The notes under the pieces are model-generated. The model was not told the DNA's origin, made no database searches, and saw nothing but the letters and a program-made list of their open reading frames with translations. Positions 34,424-44,847 of a stretch of 57,668 bases of DNA are shown here, piece by piece. The stretch spans positions 1 to 57,668 of the IMG/VR virus record IMGVR_UViG_3300035703_000107. One strand, given 5' to 3'. The DNA comes from a virus (lineage: Duplodnaviria; Caudoviricetes). Each line of letters begins with the position of its first letter. The first letter of the stretch is position 1. Both the position numbers and the translations under genes were made by a program.

Positions 34424-34636
34424 ATGCGCTACGTTTTAGTCGCGGCTTATTTCGCAGTAATGGGCTTTGCTATGGGGAAGTTTCATTCTTCCTTGGATTA
34501 CATTCACTGCGATAGCTACACAAAGAATGGAGTGATGTGGCACGGATACGTCTCCATGAGAGATGGTGAGATCCGATGCTTTTGGAAAGAAGAGAGATAC
34601 CCCTGGCGCGTTGTCCAAGGGGTACCAGTTAACTAG
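34424..34636 (+). CDS. Small membrane-anchored protein
   Basis: Hydrophobic N-terminus, two Cys; start uncertain. Confidence 0.55.
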   Translation: MRYVLVAAYFAVMGFAMGKFHSSLDYIHCDSYTKNGVMWHGYVSMRDGEIRCFWKEERYPWRVVQGVPVN

Positions 34637-37600
34637 TCTTCGTCTCGAACCATACCGCCGATCTTGTTCAAGGTATTTCCTTGGACTGCGTTATCGACAA
34701 CCGCATCCCTGAATCCACCTTGAATAGCAGCTTTGACTGCACGCTTATAGAGTAGCTTCTGTTCTTCTTTGATTCGGTTTTGAGCTTTAACCTTGTACTC
34801 GTCTGACGCATTGCTCTCGTTCACCGCCTTGAGTTGTTGATTCAGCTTCTTGATGTCTTGATCCACACCAGCGACTAGCGCTTTTACTTTGCCTAGGCCA
34901 GGATGTTCTTTGACGATCTGAGCTCTACGCTCTGGTGATGTCTGAGTTGACATGTACTCCGCATACAACGTAGATACTTGAGCAGATACACGACGCATTG
35001 CACCAGCATCGTATTGCTCAGGTATACGAGCGGATAGACGATCAATGATAGGTAGTGGCGCACGCTTGGTGTCTTCGCCTCGTAGTGCACGAATAGCCAA
35101 ACCAGCGCCCTTATACAGCTCATTGATTAGTCCTGGTACATAACTAGAAATCAGGTAATCCACCGCACCTGGATTGACATCAACCAATCCAGACTTGTAT
35201 CGGGTACCACCAGTCACCTTGTTCAGTCCCTGCATGATTACTTTGCTGATCGGGTTGACCGACTCGAAGTGCATCCAGGAATCCGCCTCTTGTACATCTG
35301 AGAACGGGGACTGCTGCTTGTAGATTGGTGCACCGAACATGTTCTCGTTGGACATCAGAGAAATCGGTGGCTTGAGGATAGTCGGCATGATCGTATTCAC
35401 GATGTCACCAGACAGGGACTTGGACTCACCACCTGAGTTGATCGGAGCAAAGGCTTCGAACGCTGCTTTCAGTACACGATTGGCAGCTTCCTCGACTTTG
35501 AGTTTGCCGAGCATCACGTCCGCTACGTAGTGACCCATTGTGTAGAACACGTTCCAGCCGTAGGCGATCGGGATAGCAGCGCCTGGTACGTCAGGTGCAA
35601 TGATCAGGCTAGTGGCACGCTTGTACTCAGGAATCTGATCCAGCTTGTCGGTATCTGGTTTGTCCTCAGCTTCACCGCCTAGACCACGGGCAAGGAAATT
35701 GCCGAGGAATCCAATGACGAAGAAGGCACCAGCAACCTTAGCGAACTCGTTGCTAGGTAGGAACTTGGCGACACCCTCTTCTCCGCGGCTGTAGTTCTTG
35801 AACATACGTACCGTGCCCTGAACCGCTGGGTTGAAGAACACATAGGCAGCACGTAGGAAGCGGTTGTTACCCTTCATGTTGAAGTTGACGGTAACTTCCT
35901 TGGCGTATAGAGCAGCCTCGATGTTGGCTTCTTCGAAGGCTTCAGCCTGGCTCATGCCCTTATCAAGGTTGCGCTTGAGGAACTCCTGACGCAGGATCTT
36001 GAAGGTAGCTAGACGAGGCGCTGTTTCCATCGGGATGTTCAGCAACTCCATTGCTTTCTTCGCACCATCTATCCGAGCTTCAAACTTCTGCTTGGTTGTC
36101 TGGGGGCCGAACATATGTACGTTCAGTTCCTCCAGCATGTCAGATAGATTCTTGCGATCCATGAAGAATGTTTCGCCACCGTAGTTCTTGAATGCTTCGA
36201 TCAACTCCTTCTGTTCTGGGGTAATCGAGGTCTTCTGTTTCCTGTTACGCATGTACTTGCCAGTCCAACCCTTCACCTCATCGGCGTTCTCGATGATGTG
36301 CTCACGGAATGCGAGCGAGTAGGCTGGAGCCCATTCGTCTTTGATCTTCTGAGCCAGCGCTGGGCCGACATTGGGATCGGTAGACATGTTGGCGATAGCA
36401 GTTTGGAAGTCACGCGCACCGTTGGGTAGTACCCATGCTGGGTTCCAGGAGGTGAGCATCTGACCGAACATGCGACCCCATGCACCGATGAGATCAATCA
36501 TGTCATTACGCTGCTGCTGACTTGCACCTGAGAGTGCTTGTACAAACTGAGTGGCGCGATCCTCAAAACTCATGAGGATGGGCTTACCTTTATAGCGGGC
36601 AACCACTACATTCTTGCGACCGATGAGGTTGTTGTCTTCAACCATGCTGACGTATCCGTCAGGAGACAGGCTGCCAGACTGGACCGTATCCGCATTAACC
36701 CTAAGTCTTGCGGTCTTGGCTACATTAGGCTCGATCATCCTCATCTGTTCTGCTTGGTCAATCCGAGCAATGAGCTCGAGCTGTGCAGCTTCATCTGAGG
36801 TGGCACCACCATCTACCCTAGCCTTCAGTTCTTTGAGGTACTTCTTGCCAGAGGCTTCGGTAGGTTGCTCACCAATAGCACGCAGGATCTCATTGTCAGT
36901 GATCATGCGATCGAGGTTGAGCTTCTTCTTCTCACTGATCGGTTCGATCTTGACGTAGGTTGGATCTGCTCCAGCCTGTTCAAACATATTCAGGATGGAG
37001 AGGGTGACCCTAGCCTTCTGACCACGAATCAATGTGGCGGTGTAAGCGTTCAAGGTGTTGGCCAGGACATCGACTGCCTCAGTGCCACGACCAGTTGCGC
37101 CCCTGACTTCTCTACCTTTGAAGTTGAAACCGTTGCCCTCGAGCAACGACTCATCATACTGATCCAAGCCAAGCTTCTTGTTTCCAGATAGATTGACGTA
37201 GTGCTGATACCGCATTAGACGCGCTGCGGTCTTCTCGTCAATCAACCCAGTCTCCACCATGTAATTCACATGGTCTGCACTGAGCTTGTCAGTGAGCGCT
37301 CCAAGTTGCTGTAGCTCTTTGTAATACGGTGAGCTCTTGGCTTCATCCAAAATGTCCAAATAGCCAGGCACCATCTCGCCATTCACTTCACGGGCGCGGG
37401 GTGCATAGCCAGAACCAATTGGATTGTTGCCTTCGGTAATCTCGTTTACATAGTCATTACGCTCTTTGGCATGGCGAGCCGCAAGGAAGCGATCAACCAT
37501 CAACATGTCGCCGCCCTTGTCGCCAATATCCTTGAGCAATTTCTGCATGGGTTGTTCGTAGTTCACCCGCAGTCTGTCAATCATAGGTTTCAAGCGAGAC

Positions 37601-40600
37601 TCATACAGCTTCAAGTCACGAATGACAGTGTTCTTGATACCGTTCTTGCTCATGTACTCAGCGATCTCCATGATCGGCAAGTACTGATTCTGAGCACCCA
37701 TAATCAGATTGCGCTTGAAAGCGTTCCAGCCAGCAACATCGTTGTTATCAGGAATCTTGAGGAACTTGTTGGGATCTATTTCTTGACGGGTATCACGATC
37801 CCTAGAGCGGGAGACGGTGCCAATCTTCTTCAGAGTGGCGTACACATCGGAGTACTCTTCCATCATGACGTAGCCCCACTGACCATCCTCACCCTTGGTG
37901 TAAACAATCCAGGAGTTGAGAACAGGATTGATGCGGGCATAACCCGTCACTTCCTCATTGCGTAGGGAGTACAGTTCAACAGGCTGTTTGTTGCGTGCAT
38001 ACAACACTTCCTGAGGTGCGCCATTCATTGGCGATACACCTTGCTCAGTGCGTACTGCCTTGCGTGCCTGAGATAGAACGTAAGCGAGCTCGGCCTCTCC
38101 TTTGGAATCCAGCCAGTCAGCCACCAAGCTCATGTCATGTTCACGCAACCAGGTGATCAAGCGTCCAATGATTTCCTTGAAGAGCTTGGAATCCCCGTTA
38201 GCGGCCATGTCAGAGATCGCCTCTTCGATGGACTCAATGCGGGACATCGGGGTATTGGTTTGTGCAGCCTCGTCAAACTGACGATCGGCTTCAGCCTTGA
38301 CCTTCTGGTTAAGGCGGTACTGGTTCTTGAGGAACACATCAATCTTGTCGCCCAAGAAGTAGCGTAGACCCCAGTGACCATAAAGCTCGTGGAATAGAAC
38401 GAACTCAGCATCAGCCATATCAGCAAGACGCTGGCTGAAGATGTAGACCTTACCTGTATCGGGATCGATCGCGCCCTTGATGTCACCAGTCGGTGAACGG
38501 CTCAGGATTCGATCGCGCAGCTTCGCATCAGGAATCTGACCTGGGTTGTAGTAGACCTCATAGGCAGGCTGAGTTGGCCAGTCATATGTAACCTCAGCCA
38601 GGTGTGCATACACCATCGTGGCTGCGGGGCCATGAGAGTTGACACCACGCTTGTAGCTGATGTCACCGCCCAGAAAACCGCGGTTCTCAGGTTGAGTAGA
38701 AGAATCCGCAGCTTGTTCAGTTACGAACTCATCAGTCATTGCAGACTGAGCGATCTTCTCAAACATGATCGCTTGCTTGATGTCATCGACATCAAATACA
38801 GGCTCCTCACCTTCACGGGCGAGTTTGTCCTGATATGCACGGATCTCTGCATCTGAGACCTGGGGCAGCTGCTCTTGCTCCATCACCTGAACTTGATCAA
38901 GAACCTTGTCAAGTGGGAAGGAGCTCATCGAGTCGTTGTTGTAGACCTGACCTAGCAACGCAGCCATCGCATCGCTGAATTGTTTCTTGTTCTCAGATAC
39001 ACGCTTGAGCTCATCGATCTCGCGGGCACGCTGCAGCAGCTTGGGTAGATCTTTAATCTCAGATGTGCTGATGGCGTTAATGAAGTTGTCGCGTGCTTTC
39101 TTGGGTAGATACTGGAGTGCATCAACCTGAGAGCTGAAGGTGCCGCGCTCAGACTGAGCTAGGTTCTTGGCGACGTTGCCATCTACCTTCTTGAAGAAGC
39201 GTTGGACTGCAACCTTCTCGTCCTCAGTCATGCCGCTTAGGATCTGGCTCTGCAGATCACGACGGGCATTGATAGCGTCATATACGTCAGCCAACCAACG
39301 ACTCTGCAAGAGATCTTCATTGCCACCAACCACAGCACGCAGTGCTTCTCTGGCGTTCTGAGGAATCTTGCTAGGTGCCAGGTCTGCTAGACGGAAGTTG
39401 TTGAATAGCGCATGAGGGAAGGCTTCCTTCGGATCAGAGAAGAACTCACCTTTCTCTTGTAGTACGCCATTGATACGACCTTGCAGGCTACTGCGCTGCT
39501 CGTTCACGTAATCAATGATGCGACGCTCGCTAGGAGTAATGGTTCTTTCGAATGCGCCTAGATCATCTGGGCGATCGGCCAGTACGTTTCTGATCTGGTT
39601 GTATGCGCTGACCCACTGATCTCGAGCTTGGTAATTACCCTCGAGTCCCAGGCGATTGCCGAACACAAAGTCAGCAAGGCGGGTATGGAATGGGGGTAGC
39701 TGGCTGACCTTGATCTCCAGCTGGCTGATGTCGATACCTTTCTTCTTGGCGGCAGCACGGAAGTCTGAGTAAGTGAACTCACGCTCTTCCCGCGGCTTAC
39801 GCATCTCATTGAAGAAGACATCCATGCTCTTTGATTCTTCAATTTCATTCAGAGCATTAACTGCTGCCTGGATACGATCGCTACGCTCCAGGTCAGGGAA
39901 CGGTAGGGTATCCATCTCAGGAGCTGCGTCCTCCTCGACAGCGGTACTGAACTCACCGAGAGCAGAGAGGAACTTGCTGGGGTTCTTCTGGTAGTTGTAT
40001 TCGCCTTTGACCTCAGATTCACGGATAGCGTCTAGGCTGCGTTCTTGTTCGCCAACCACACTGTCAATCGTACTGTCGTCAAAGCCAGCCTTCTGCATCT
40101 CCTGACGCAAACCAGCTAGAGCATCAGAAATTTTCTCGAGGTGGATATTCAGCAGTCCAGCACGGGCATTGGTATCTGCCTTTTGTGCAGCCTCGATTGC
40201 TTTAGAAATAGCAGCAACAGGATTGCTACGCTTAGCACTAGACTCCATCGCGCCCACTTGAGCAAACTGATCGAAGATATATTCCACGTCAGATTGCTTC
40301 TTGTTGAACTTGAAGAAAGGACGCTTCTTACTAATGTCCTTCAGCTTGCCGCGCAACTCAGTCAGAGTTTCTTGCACGGTGCTAGGCGTGAACATTGTGG
40401 TCATGATGCGCTGGGCATCAGCTTTGAATTTGTTCAGCTGCTTGCGCTTCTCAGGTGTGAAATCAATCTCACCCTGAGTAGGCGTCAATACTTTTCTGCG
40501 TGACACAAACTGTAGCTGCTCGCCACCCTTCTTGAGTGCTTGCTGTACGCTTGTAATCTTGCTGGGTTTGGAAATGTCAGATCCGTCGATCGCCTGGTCA

Positions 40601-43600
40601 GTCTTGGCAGTACGGAACATGAAGATGCCGTTCTTGGTGCTGTCATACAGACGACCAATCACAATACCTTTGCTGTTCTTGATGTCGCCCAGCAAGATTG
40701 CTTGGTCGTTTCTGAGGTACTCACTTTTTGCATCGTCAATTGCCATGTTGGCAAGAGCTTGACCTTTGGCATCGCTGAATCCTGACCTTTCAAATTCCTT
40801 GCGCTGCTCAGCCTGGTTAAGCTTGGCTTGCTTAGCCATACGCTCTTGCTCTTGAATATCAGGAGCAACAGGTTTGATCTGCTCTTTGAATGTGCCTTTC
40901 TTAACGCGGTTAGGATCAGCGTTGATTACATCGATCGGACGTTTGTCCTTTACATCCTGAACAGGTGCTTGGTCTTGAACAGATTCAGTTTCGGGAACAT
41001 TTTGCGGAACTCGATCTGGTTCCTGCGCCACTGCTGTTTCGACTGGCGCTTCTCTTGTCGGAGCGACACTCTGAGTTTCTTGTACTTGGTTAGTAGTCTG
41101 CGTGAAGTCGAGTTCTGCATCTGGGCTTGCCTGTTTCTTGAGGAAGTCGGCAAGTAGATTGCGAACTGCCTCATAGTCGGTAATGTATTTCTGAATCGAT
41201 TTGCCACGCGCGGTGTTCGTACCGAACTTGGCAATCAGGTCTTCGATGACGTTGAGTATCTTGCGGATCAAGGTAGGGTTGTCTTCATTCACCTTGTTCC
41301 AGAACTGCTGATCACGGAACAAGAGTCCCATCATGTCAGCAACAGCTTCCTCGTTTACTTGTTCTGGGTTGTAGCCCAGATCTTTCATCTTCTTCTTGTA
41401 GGCAGCTTTGCCTTCGTCGCTCAGGTACTTGATTGCCTCATCGACAAGGGCTCTACCATCGGCTGGATTACGAGAGGCAAGCTCATGCAATACCTCATGA
41501 CCAAAGACGAACATCGACTTCTCTTCGGCACGGTCATGCAGGGCGATAGCACCCTCTTTATTGGACATGCCATAGCGCATCCGCAGCTTCTGACTGTTGC
41601 CGACATAGCGGAAACCAAGAACCTTGATACCCAAGGAATCAGCCAGAGTCTTGATGTCAGGATCAACATTGACCTGGATGTAGTCGGTGGGCTTGGAAGG
41701 GATCTTGTACTGAGCGTTGTCGTATGCCGAGACCTCTTGTTGGAAGCGGGCAAAGTCAGGCTCACCAGCCTGGTTCGTAAAATCTAGGTCTACGGCTGCA
41801 GGATTGGGCTCAGGTTCAACGATCGGGGTTTCCTGAGGCTCGGGGGTCAACTCAACCTGAGCGGCCTCTTGTGCCTCGATCTGAGCGGTCGGCAGCTCCT
41901 CTACCTGAATCCCGTCGGTGGTGGGTTGTGTATCTACAGATGTATCTACGGGTAAACCCTGACGTACCTGTGCCTCAGCTTGGCTGAGTTGAGCAAGCGG
42001 ACTAGGCTCAGATGGGATGGGGGTATCCACCTCAGTTTGGGTAGGTTCCACCCCAATTTGGGTATCTTCCTTGGGTAAGACGCCAAGATCTTCTGCCTGC
42101 TGGTTGAGCAGAGCTTCTTGTTCCTGCGCCATAGCGTCATCCATCCGTTTTCTTTCAACGAATGGAGTCGTCTCCTTGGGCGCGGTCTTGATGGGATCTG
42201 GAACGAAATCCCTAGGACGAGTCCTCTCGTACCACTGACCCAGCCTTTCTTGGAACTGACCAACAAAGACAGGATTGGATTGGATTAGTGCGTTGCCCTG
42301 TGTGAGTAGCGTCTGATTCTGGGAGGAGTTGGCCAGATCCAGCTTCATGTCAGTCTTGTTTGCATAGGACTGAAGCTGAGCTCGAGTACCCTCATCTGCG
42401 TTTGCATAGAGAGCAGACAGCATGGCAGGGGTTTCACGAGCCTTAGGCATCGTGAAGAACTCTTCGTCAGTCAGACCAGTTGGAGGCTGGGTAGCTGGAG
42501 TGTCGATCGGCTGAGCGTTATCAAACTTGGCGGGTGCCTGCTCGACAGTAACGCTAGCCTGAGGTGTCTGTGGCGGTGTTGCGGCTGGAGCAGGTGTGAC
42601 TTCAGGTTGCACACCTGGTGCGCCAGGACGACGTAGACCACCTGAGGTAGCAACTTCGACAGGAGCAAAAGCTGCCTCACCCAGATATTCGGCCAAGAGC
42701 TCACCTCTGCCAGCTTCTTCACCGACAGACTGAGCTGCTTGATATGCACCTACCGCACCACCAAGACCTTGTACGTTGGCTTGGATTGCAGCGTTACCGA
42801 CTGCAGCAGAAATAGGTGCACTTGGAGCAAAACGTGCTACAGGGTTAATACCCATGAAGAGACCAGCAACAGCATTGGCTGGAACTTCAGCAAGGGTTTT
42901 GGTAGCGGCATAGTCAGAAGCAGCCTGAGTATCGCCTTTGAATTTATCTAGACCTTCAACATAGTTGGTGCCTAGAGATCCCAGAATAACTGCACTCGAG
43001 TTAGTAGTTGCTCCAAACGCTGCAGTACCCACTGCGGCAGATTGTGTAGCTGAAAGTCCGCCACGAGCAGCAAGACCGCGAGCACCCAGACCAACAACCC
43101 CACCAGGCAACACGGCTGCAGCCATCGCGGGCAACTGTTCCCCAAGAAAATTGACAGCCACACCTGGGTTCGAAGCAATGTACTTGAGCATTGCCTTAGC
43201 ACCCTCATAGTAATCGGGAGCATCATTTCCTCGTTGTATCAGTTCCTGAATGCGTGGGTCAGAAGCAAGCGCTTTGTATTCTTCAACACTCTTCTGAAGG
43301 ATAGGAGCGGTACTAGAACCGCTTCCTGTGACGGCGGTTTCTAGTTTGTTAGCTAGGTAATCCCAGGTTAGTTTGAGTCCCTTGAAACCCTTCTCAACCG
43401 AGTCAGTGAACCCCACTTCTTTAGGGGGTTCCTGTGACGGCATCGAGGTTTCTGGAGCAAGAGTAGTCTTGCCAGCAAGGTAATCATCAAACTCTGGATC
43501 AGCAGAGAAACGTTCCTGTCTCTGCGGGGTTCGACTCTCAGCTAGGTAGGTATCGAACTCTGGATCAACACTGGCCCTTGGAGCTGCAAGACCGCCTCTG

Positions 43601-43716
43601 GGTTTGTTCTCTGCCAGAGTGGTAGAAGAACTTTGAGGAGCTGGTGCAATGCCAGTTTGACCAGAGCGTCGTACCTCGGCTCCAGCTTCTGCAGAGGATT
43701 TATACAGTTCAGCCAT
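34633..43716 (-). CDS. Giant ejection / large polyvalent protein (two zincin-like motifs, LPD38-like C-terminus)
   Basis: 3027 aa; HEVLH and HELYGH motifs; TVNFN.KG....AY.FFNPAVQG and following helical region; last of the internal virion genes. Confidence 0.8.
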   Translation of the reverse strand: MAELYKSSAEAGAEVRRSGQTGIAPAPQSSSTTLAENKPRGGLAAPRASVDPEFDTYLAESRTPQRQERFSADPEFDDYLAGKTTLAPETSMPSQEPPKEVGFTDSVEKGFKGLKLTWDYLANKLETAVTGSGSSTAPILQKSVEEYKALASDPRIQELIQRGNDAPDYYEGAKAMLKYIASNPGVAVNFLGEQLPAMAAAVLPGGVVGLGARGLAARGGLSATQSAAVGTAAFGATTNSSAVILGSLGTNYVEGLDKFKGDTQAASDYAATKTLAEVPANAVAGLFMGINPVARFAPSAPISAAVGNAAIQANVQGLGGAVGAYQAAQSVGEEAGRGELLAEYLGEAAFAPVEVATSGGLRRPGAPGVQPEVTPAPAATPPQTPQASVTVEQAPAKFDNAQPIDTPATQPPTGLTDEEFFTMPKARETPAMLSALYANADEGTRAQLQSYANKTDMKLDLANSSQNQTLLTQGNALIQSNPVFVGQFQERLGQWYERTRPRDFVPDPIKTAPKETTPFVERKRMDDAMAQEQEALLNQQAEDLGVLPKEDTQIGVEPTQTEVDTPIPSEPSPLAQLSQAEAQVRQGLPVDTSVDTQPTTDGIQVEELPTAQIEAQEAAQVELTPEPQETPIVEPEPNPAAVDLDFTNQAGEPDFARFQQEVSAYDNAQYKIPSKPTDYIQVNVDPDIKTLADSLGIKVLGFRYVGNSQKLRMRYGMSNKEGAIALHDRAEEKSMFVFGHEVLHELASRNPADGRALVDEAIKYLSDEGKAAYKKKMKDLGYNPEQVNEEAVADMMGLLFRDQQFWNKVNEDNPTLIRKILNVIEDLIAKFGTNTARGKSIQKYITDYEAVRNLLADFLKKQASPDAELDFTQTTNQVQETQSVAPTREAPVETAVAQEPDRVPQNVPETESVQDQAPVQDVKDKRPIDVINADPNRVKKGTFKEQIKPVAPDIQEQERMAKQAKLNQAEQRKEFERSGFSDAKGQALANMAIDDAKSEYLRNDQAILLGDIKNSKGIVIGRLYDSTKNGIFMFRTAKTDQAIDGSDISKPSKITSVQQALKKGGEQLQFVSRRKVLTPTQGEIDFTPEKRKQLNKFKADAQRIMTTMFTPSTVQETLTELRGKLKDISKKRPFFKFNKKQSDVEYIFDQFAQVGAMESSAKRSNPVAAISKAIEAAQKADTNARAGLLNIHLEKISDALAGLRQEMQKAGFDDSTIDSVVGEQERSLDAIRESEVKGEYNYQKNPSKFLSALGEFSTAVEEDAAPEMDTLPFPDLERSDRIQAAVNALNEIEESKSMDVFFNEMRKPREEREFTYSDFRAAAKKKGIDISQLEIKVSQLPPFHTRLADFVFGNRLGLEGNYQARDQWVSAYNQIRNVLADRPDDLGAFERTITPSERRIIDYVNEQRSSLQGRINGVLQEKGEFFSDPKEAFPHALFNNFRLADLAPSKIPQNAREALRAVVGGNEDLLQSRWLADVYDAINARRDLQSQILSGMTEDEKVAVQRFFKKVDGNVAKNLAQSERGTFSSQVDALQYLPKKARDNFINAISTSEIKDLPKLLQRAREIDELKRVSENKKQFSDAMAALLGQVYNNDSMSSFPLDKVLDQVQVMEQEQLPQVSDAEIRAYQDKLAREGEEPVFDVDDIKQAIMFEKIAQSAMTDEFVTEQAADSSTQPENRGFLGGDISYKRGVNSHGPAATMVYAHLAEVTYDWPTQPAYEVYYNPGQIPDAKLRDRILSRSPTGDIKGAIDPDTGKVYIFSQRLADMADAEFVLFHELYGHWGLRYFLGDKIDVFLKNQYRLNQKVKAEADRQFDEAAQTNTPMSRIESIEEAISDMAANGDSKLFKEIIGRLITWLREHDMSLVADWLDSKGEAELAYVLSQARKAVRTEQGVSPMNGAPQEVLYARNKQPVELYSLRNEEVTGYARINPVLNSWIVYTKGEDGQWGYVMMEEYSDVYATLKKIGTVSRSRDRDTRQEIDPNKFLKIPDNNDVAGWNAFKRNLIMGAQNQYLPIMEIAEYMSKNGIKNTVIRDLKLYESRLKPMIDRLRVNYEQPMQKLLKDIGDKGGDMLMVDRFLAARHAKERNDYVNEITEGNNPIGSGYAPRAREVNGEMVPGYLDILDEAKSSPYYKELQQLGALTDKLSADHVNYMVETGLIDEKTAARLMRYQHYVNLSGNKKLGLDQYDESLLEGNGFNFKGREVRGATGRGTEAVDVLANTLNAYTATLIRGQKARVTLSILNMFEQAGADPTYVKIEPISEKKKLNLDRMITDNEILRAIGEQPTEASGKKYLKELKARVDGGATSDEAAQLELIARIDQAEQMRMIEPNVAKTARLRVNADTVQSGSLSPDGYVSMVEDNNLIGRKNVVVARYKGKPILMSFEDRATQFVQALSGASQQQRNDMIDLIGAWGRMFGQMLTSWNPAWVLPNGARDFQTAIANMSTDPNVGPALAQKIKDEWAPAYSLAFREHIIENADEVKGWTGKYMRNRKQKTSITPEQKELIEAFKNYGGETFFMDRKNLSDMLEELNVHMFGPQTTKQKFEARIDGAKKAMELLNIPMETAPRLATFKILRQEFLKRNLDKGMSQAEAFEEANIEAALYAKEVTVNFNMKGNNRFLRAAYVFFNPAVQGTVRMFKNYSRGEEGVAKFLPSNEFAKVAGAFFVIGFLGNFLARGLGGEAEDKPDTDKLDQIPEYKRATSLIIAPDVPGAAIPIAYGWNVFYTMGHYVADVMLGKLKVEEAANRVLKAAFEAFAPINSGGESKSLSGDIVNTIMPTILKPPISLMSNENMFGAPIYKQQSPFSDVQEADSWMHFESVNPISKVIMQGLNKVTGGTRYKSGLVDVNPGAVDYLISSYVPGLINELYKGAGLAIRALRGEDTKRAPLPIIDRLSARIPEQYDAGAMRRVSAQVSTLYAEYMSTQTSPERRAQIVKEHPGLGKVKALVAGVDQDIKKLNQQLKAVNESNASDEYKVKAQNRIKEEQKLLYKRAVKAAIQGGFRDAVVDNAVQGNTLNKIGGMVRDED

Positions 43717-43719
43717 ATT

Positions 43720-44847
43720 TTATTTTTTGGGATCAGGTTGCGGTTGTCTAGAGAGAGTGAATCGCATTGCTTCGTCAAGTGCTGCGCCAGGCAACATCCT
43801 TTGCTCAGTCATCAGGCGCTCAGCTCTTTGCAAGACCAGAGTTTGTGTCTGTACTTGTTGTTGAGCATTCATCGAAGCAAACGTATCTTTGTAGATGCCA
43901 TTTACTTGGTTGTTGTACATCTTGTACAACTCACCGTACCGTTCTTGCATAGCCTTGTTGCCAGCAATATCGCGATCCGTCTGATTCTTATTGGCAGAAA
44001 TTTCGCGATCCGTTTGGTTCTTGTCTTTTGCACGTCTATCAAGACCACCCTCTTGGATGTTGACGCGCTCAGTCGCCTTGCCTTGAACGAACTTCTCTTT
44101 GCCCATTGCAATGCCGTAGTCGAGCAGCTTCTCTGGCGTGTACAAGAGTTGCATCTCAAACGAACTAGTAAGGCGTTGTGGCTTGCCATCTGCACCAGGT
44201 GCATACACCACATTGGTTGTAAAGCCAGTATCAGGATCTACTTCCTTACGCATGAAGCTACCCTTAGGTAGGGTTCTGCCACCATTCTTGTTGAACGCTT
44301 CAATTGCTTTGTCGCTATCGCCAGTTTGATCGAAGAGTTCAAATGCTTCGAACACACCTTCCTTCTTCAGTTCTTTATTGAGCTGGCGGTTCTTGAGGAA
44401 CGAATCCTCGTCATACAGTTTGTTATCGATACGTGCCTTCTGGAATACGTCAGCACGCAAGCGATCGATCTGAGTCTGGGTTAGTTGCTCAGGCGCTTTC
44501 TCAATCTTGGTTCCTTCCTTGAAGGACAGACCAGAAGCTTTGGCTTCGGCTGGGCTGGAATACTGCAGCTTGCCGATCTCCTGACCGAACTCATCAACTG
44601 CCACCCCACCAACAGTGCCACCACTCAAACGAGCCTCAAGCTCAGCCATGCCGCGGGCAACTTGATCGTTGTAAGATTTCTTGCGCTCAATCTCATCGAG
44701 CTGAGCCTGCTTCATCTTCTGATCGGTCTCGAAGGCTTTTGCTTCGCGCTCATCGCGCTGCTGAGCTAGGCGTAGTGCAGTGCCTTTGCTATAGCCGTCA
44801 GTAAGACCCTCGGCAAATCCGCCAATTCCAACTAGTCCAATTGCCAT
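43720..44847 (-). CDS. Internal virion / ejection protein
   Basis: GGFAEGL..GY N-terminus, coiled coils, tandem NQTDR.I..NK repeat. Confidence 0.7.
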   Translation of the reverse strand: MAIGLVGIGGFAEGLTDGYSKGTALRLAQQRDEREAKAFETDQKMKQAQLDEIERKKSYNDQVARGMAELEARLSGGTVGGVAVDEFGQEIGKLQYSSPAEAKASGLSFKEGTKIEKAPEQLTQTQIDRLRADVFQKARIDNKLYDEDSFLKNRQLNKELKKEGVFEAFELFDQTGDSDKAIEAFNKNGGRTLPKGSFMRKEVDPDTGFTTNVVYAPGADGKPQRLTSSFEMQLLYTPEKLLDYGIAMGKEKFVQGKATERVNIQEGGLDRRAKDKNQTDREISANKNQTDRDIAGNKAMQERYGELYKMYNNQVNGIYKDTFASMNAQQQVQTQTLVLQRAERLMTEQRMLPGAALDEAMRFTLSRQPQPDPKK

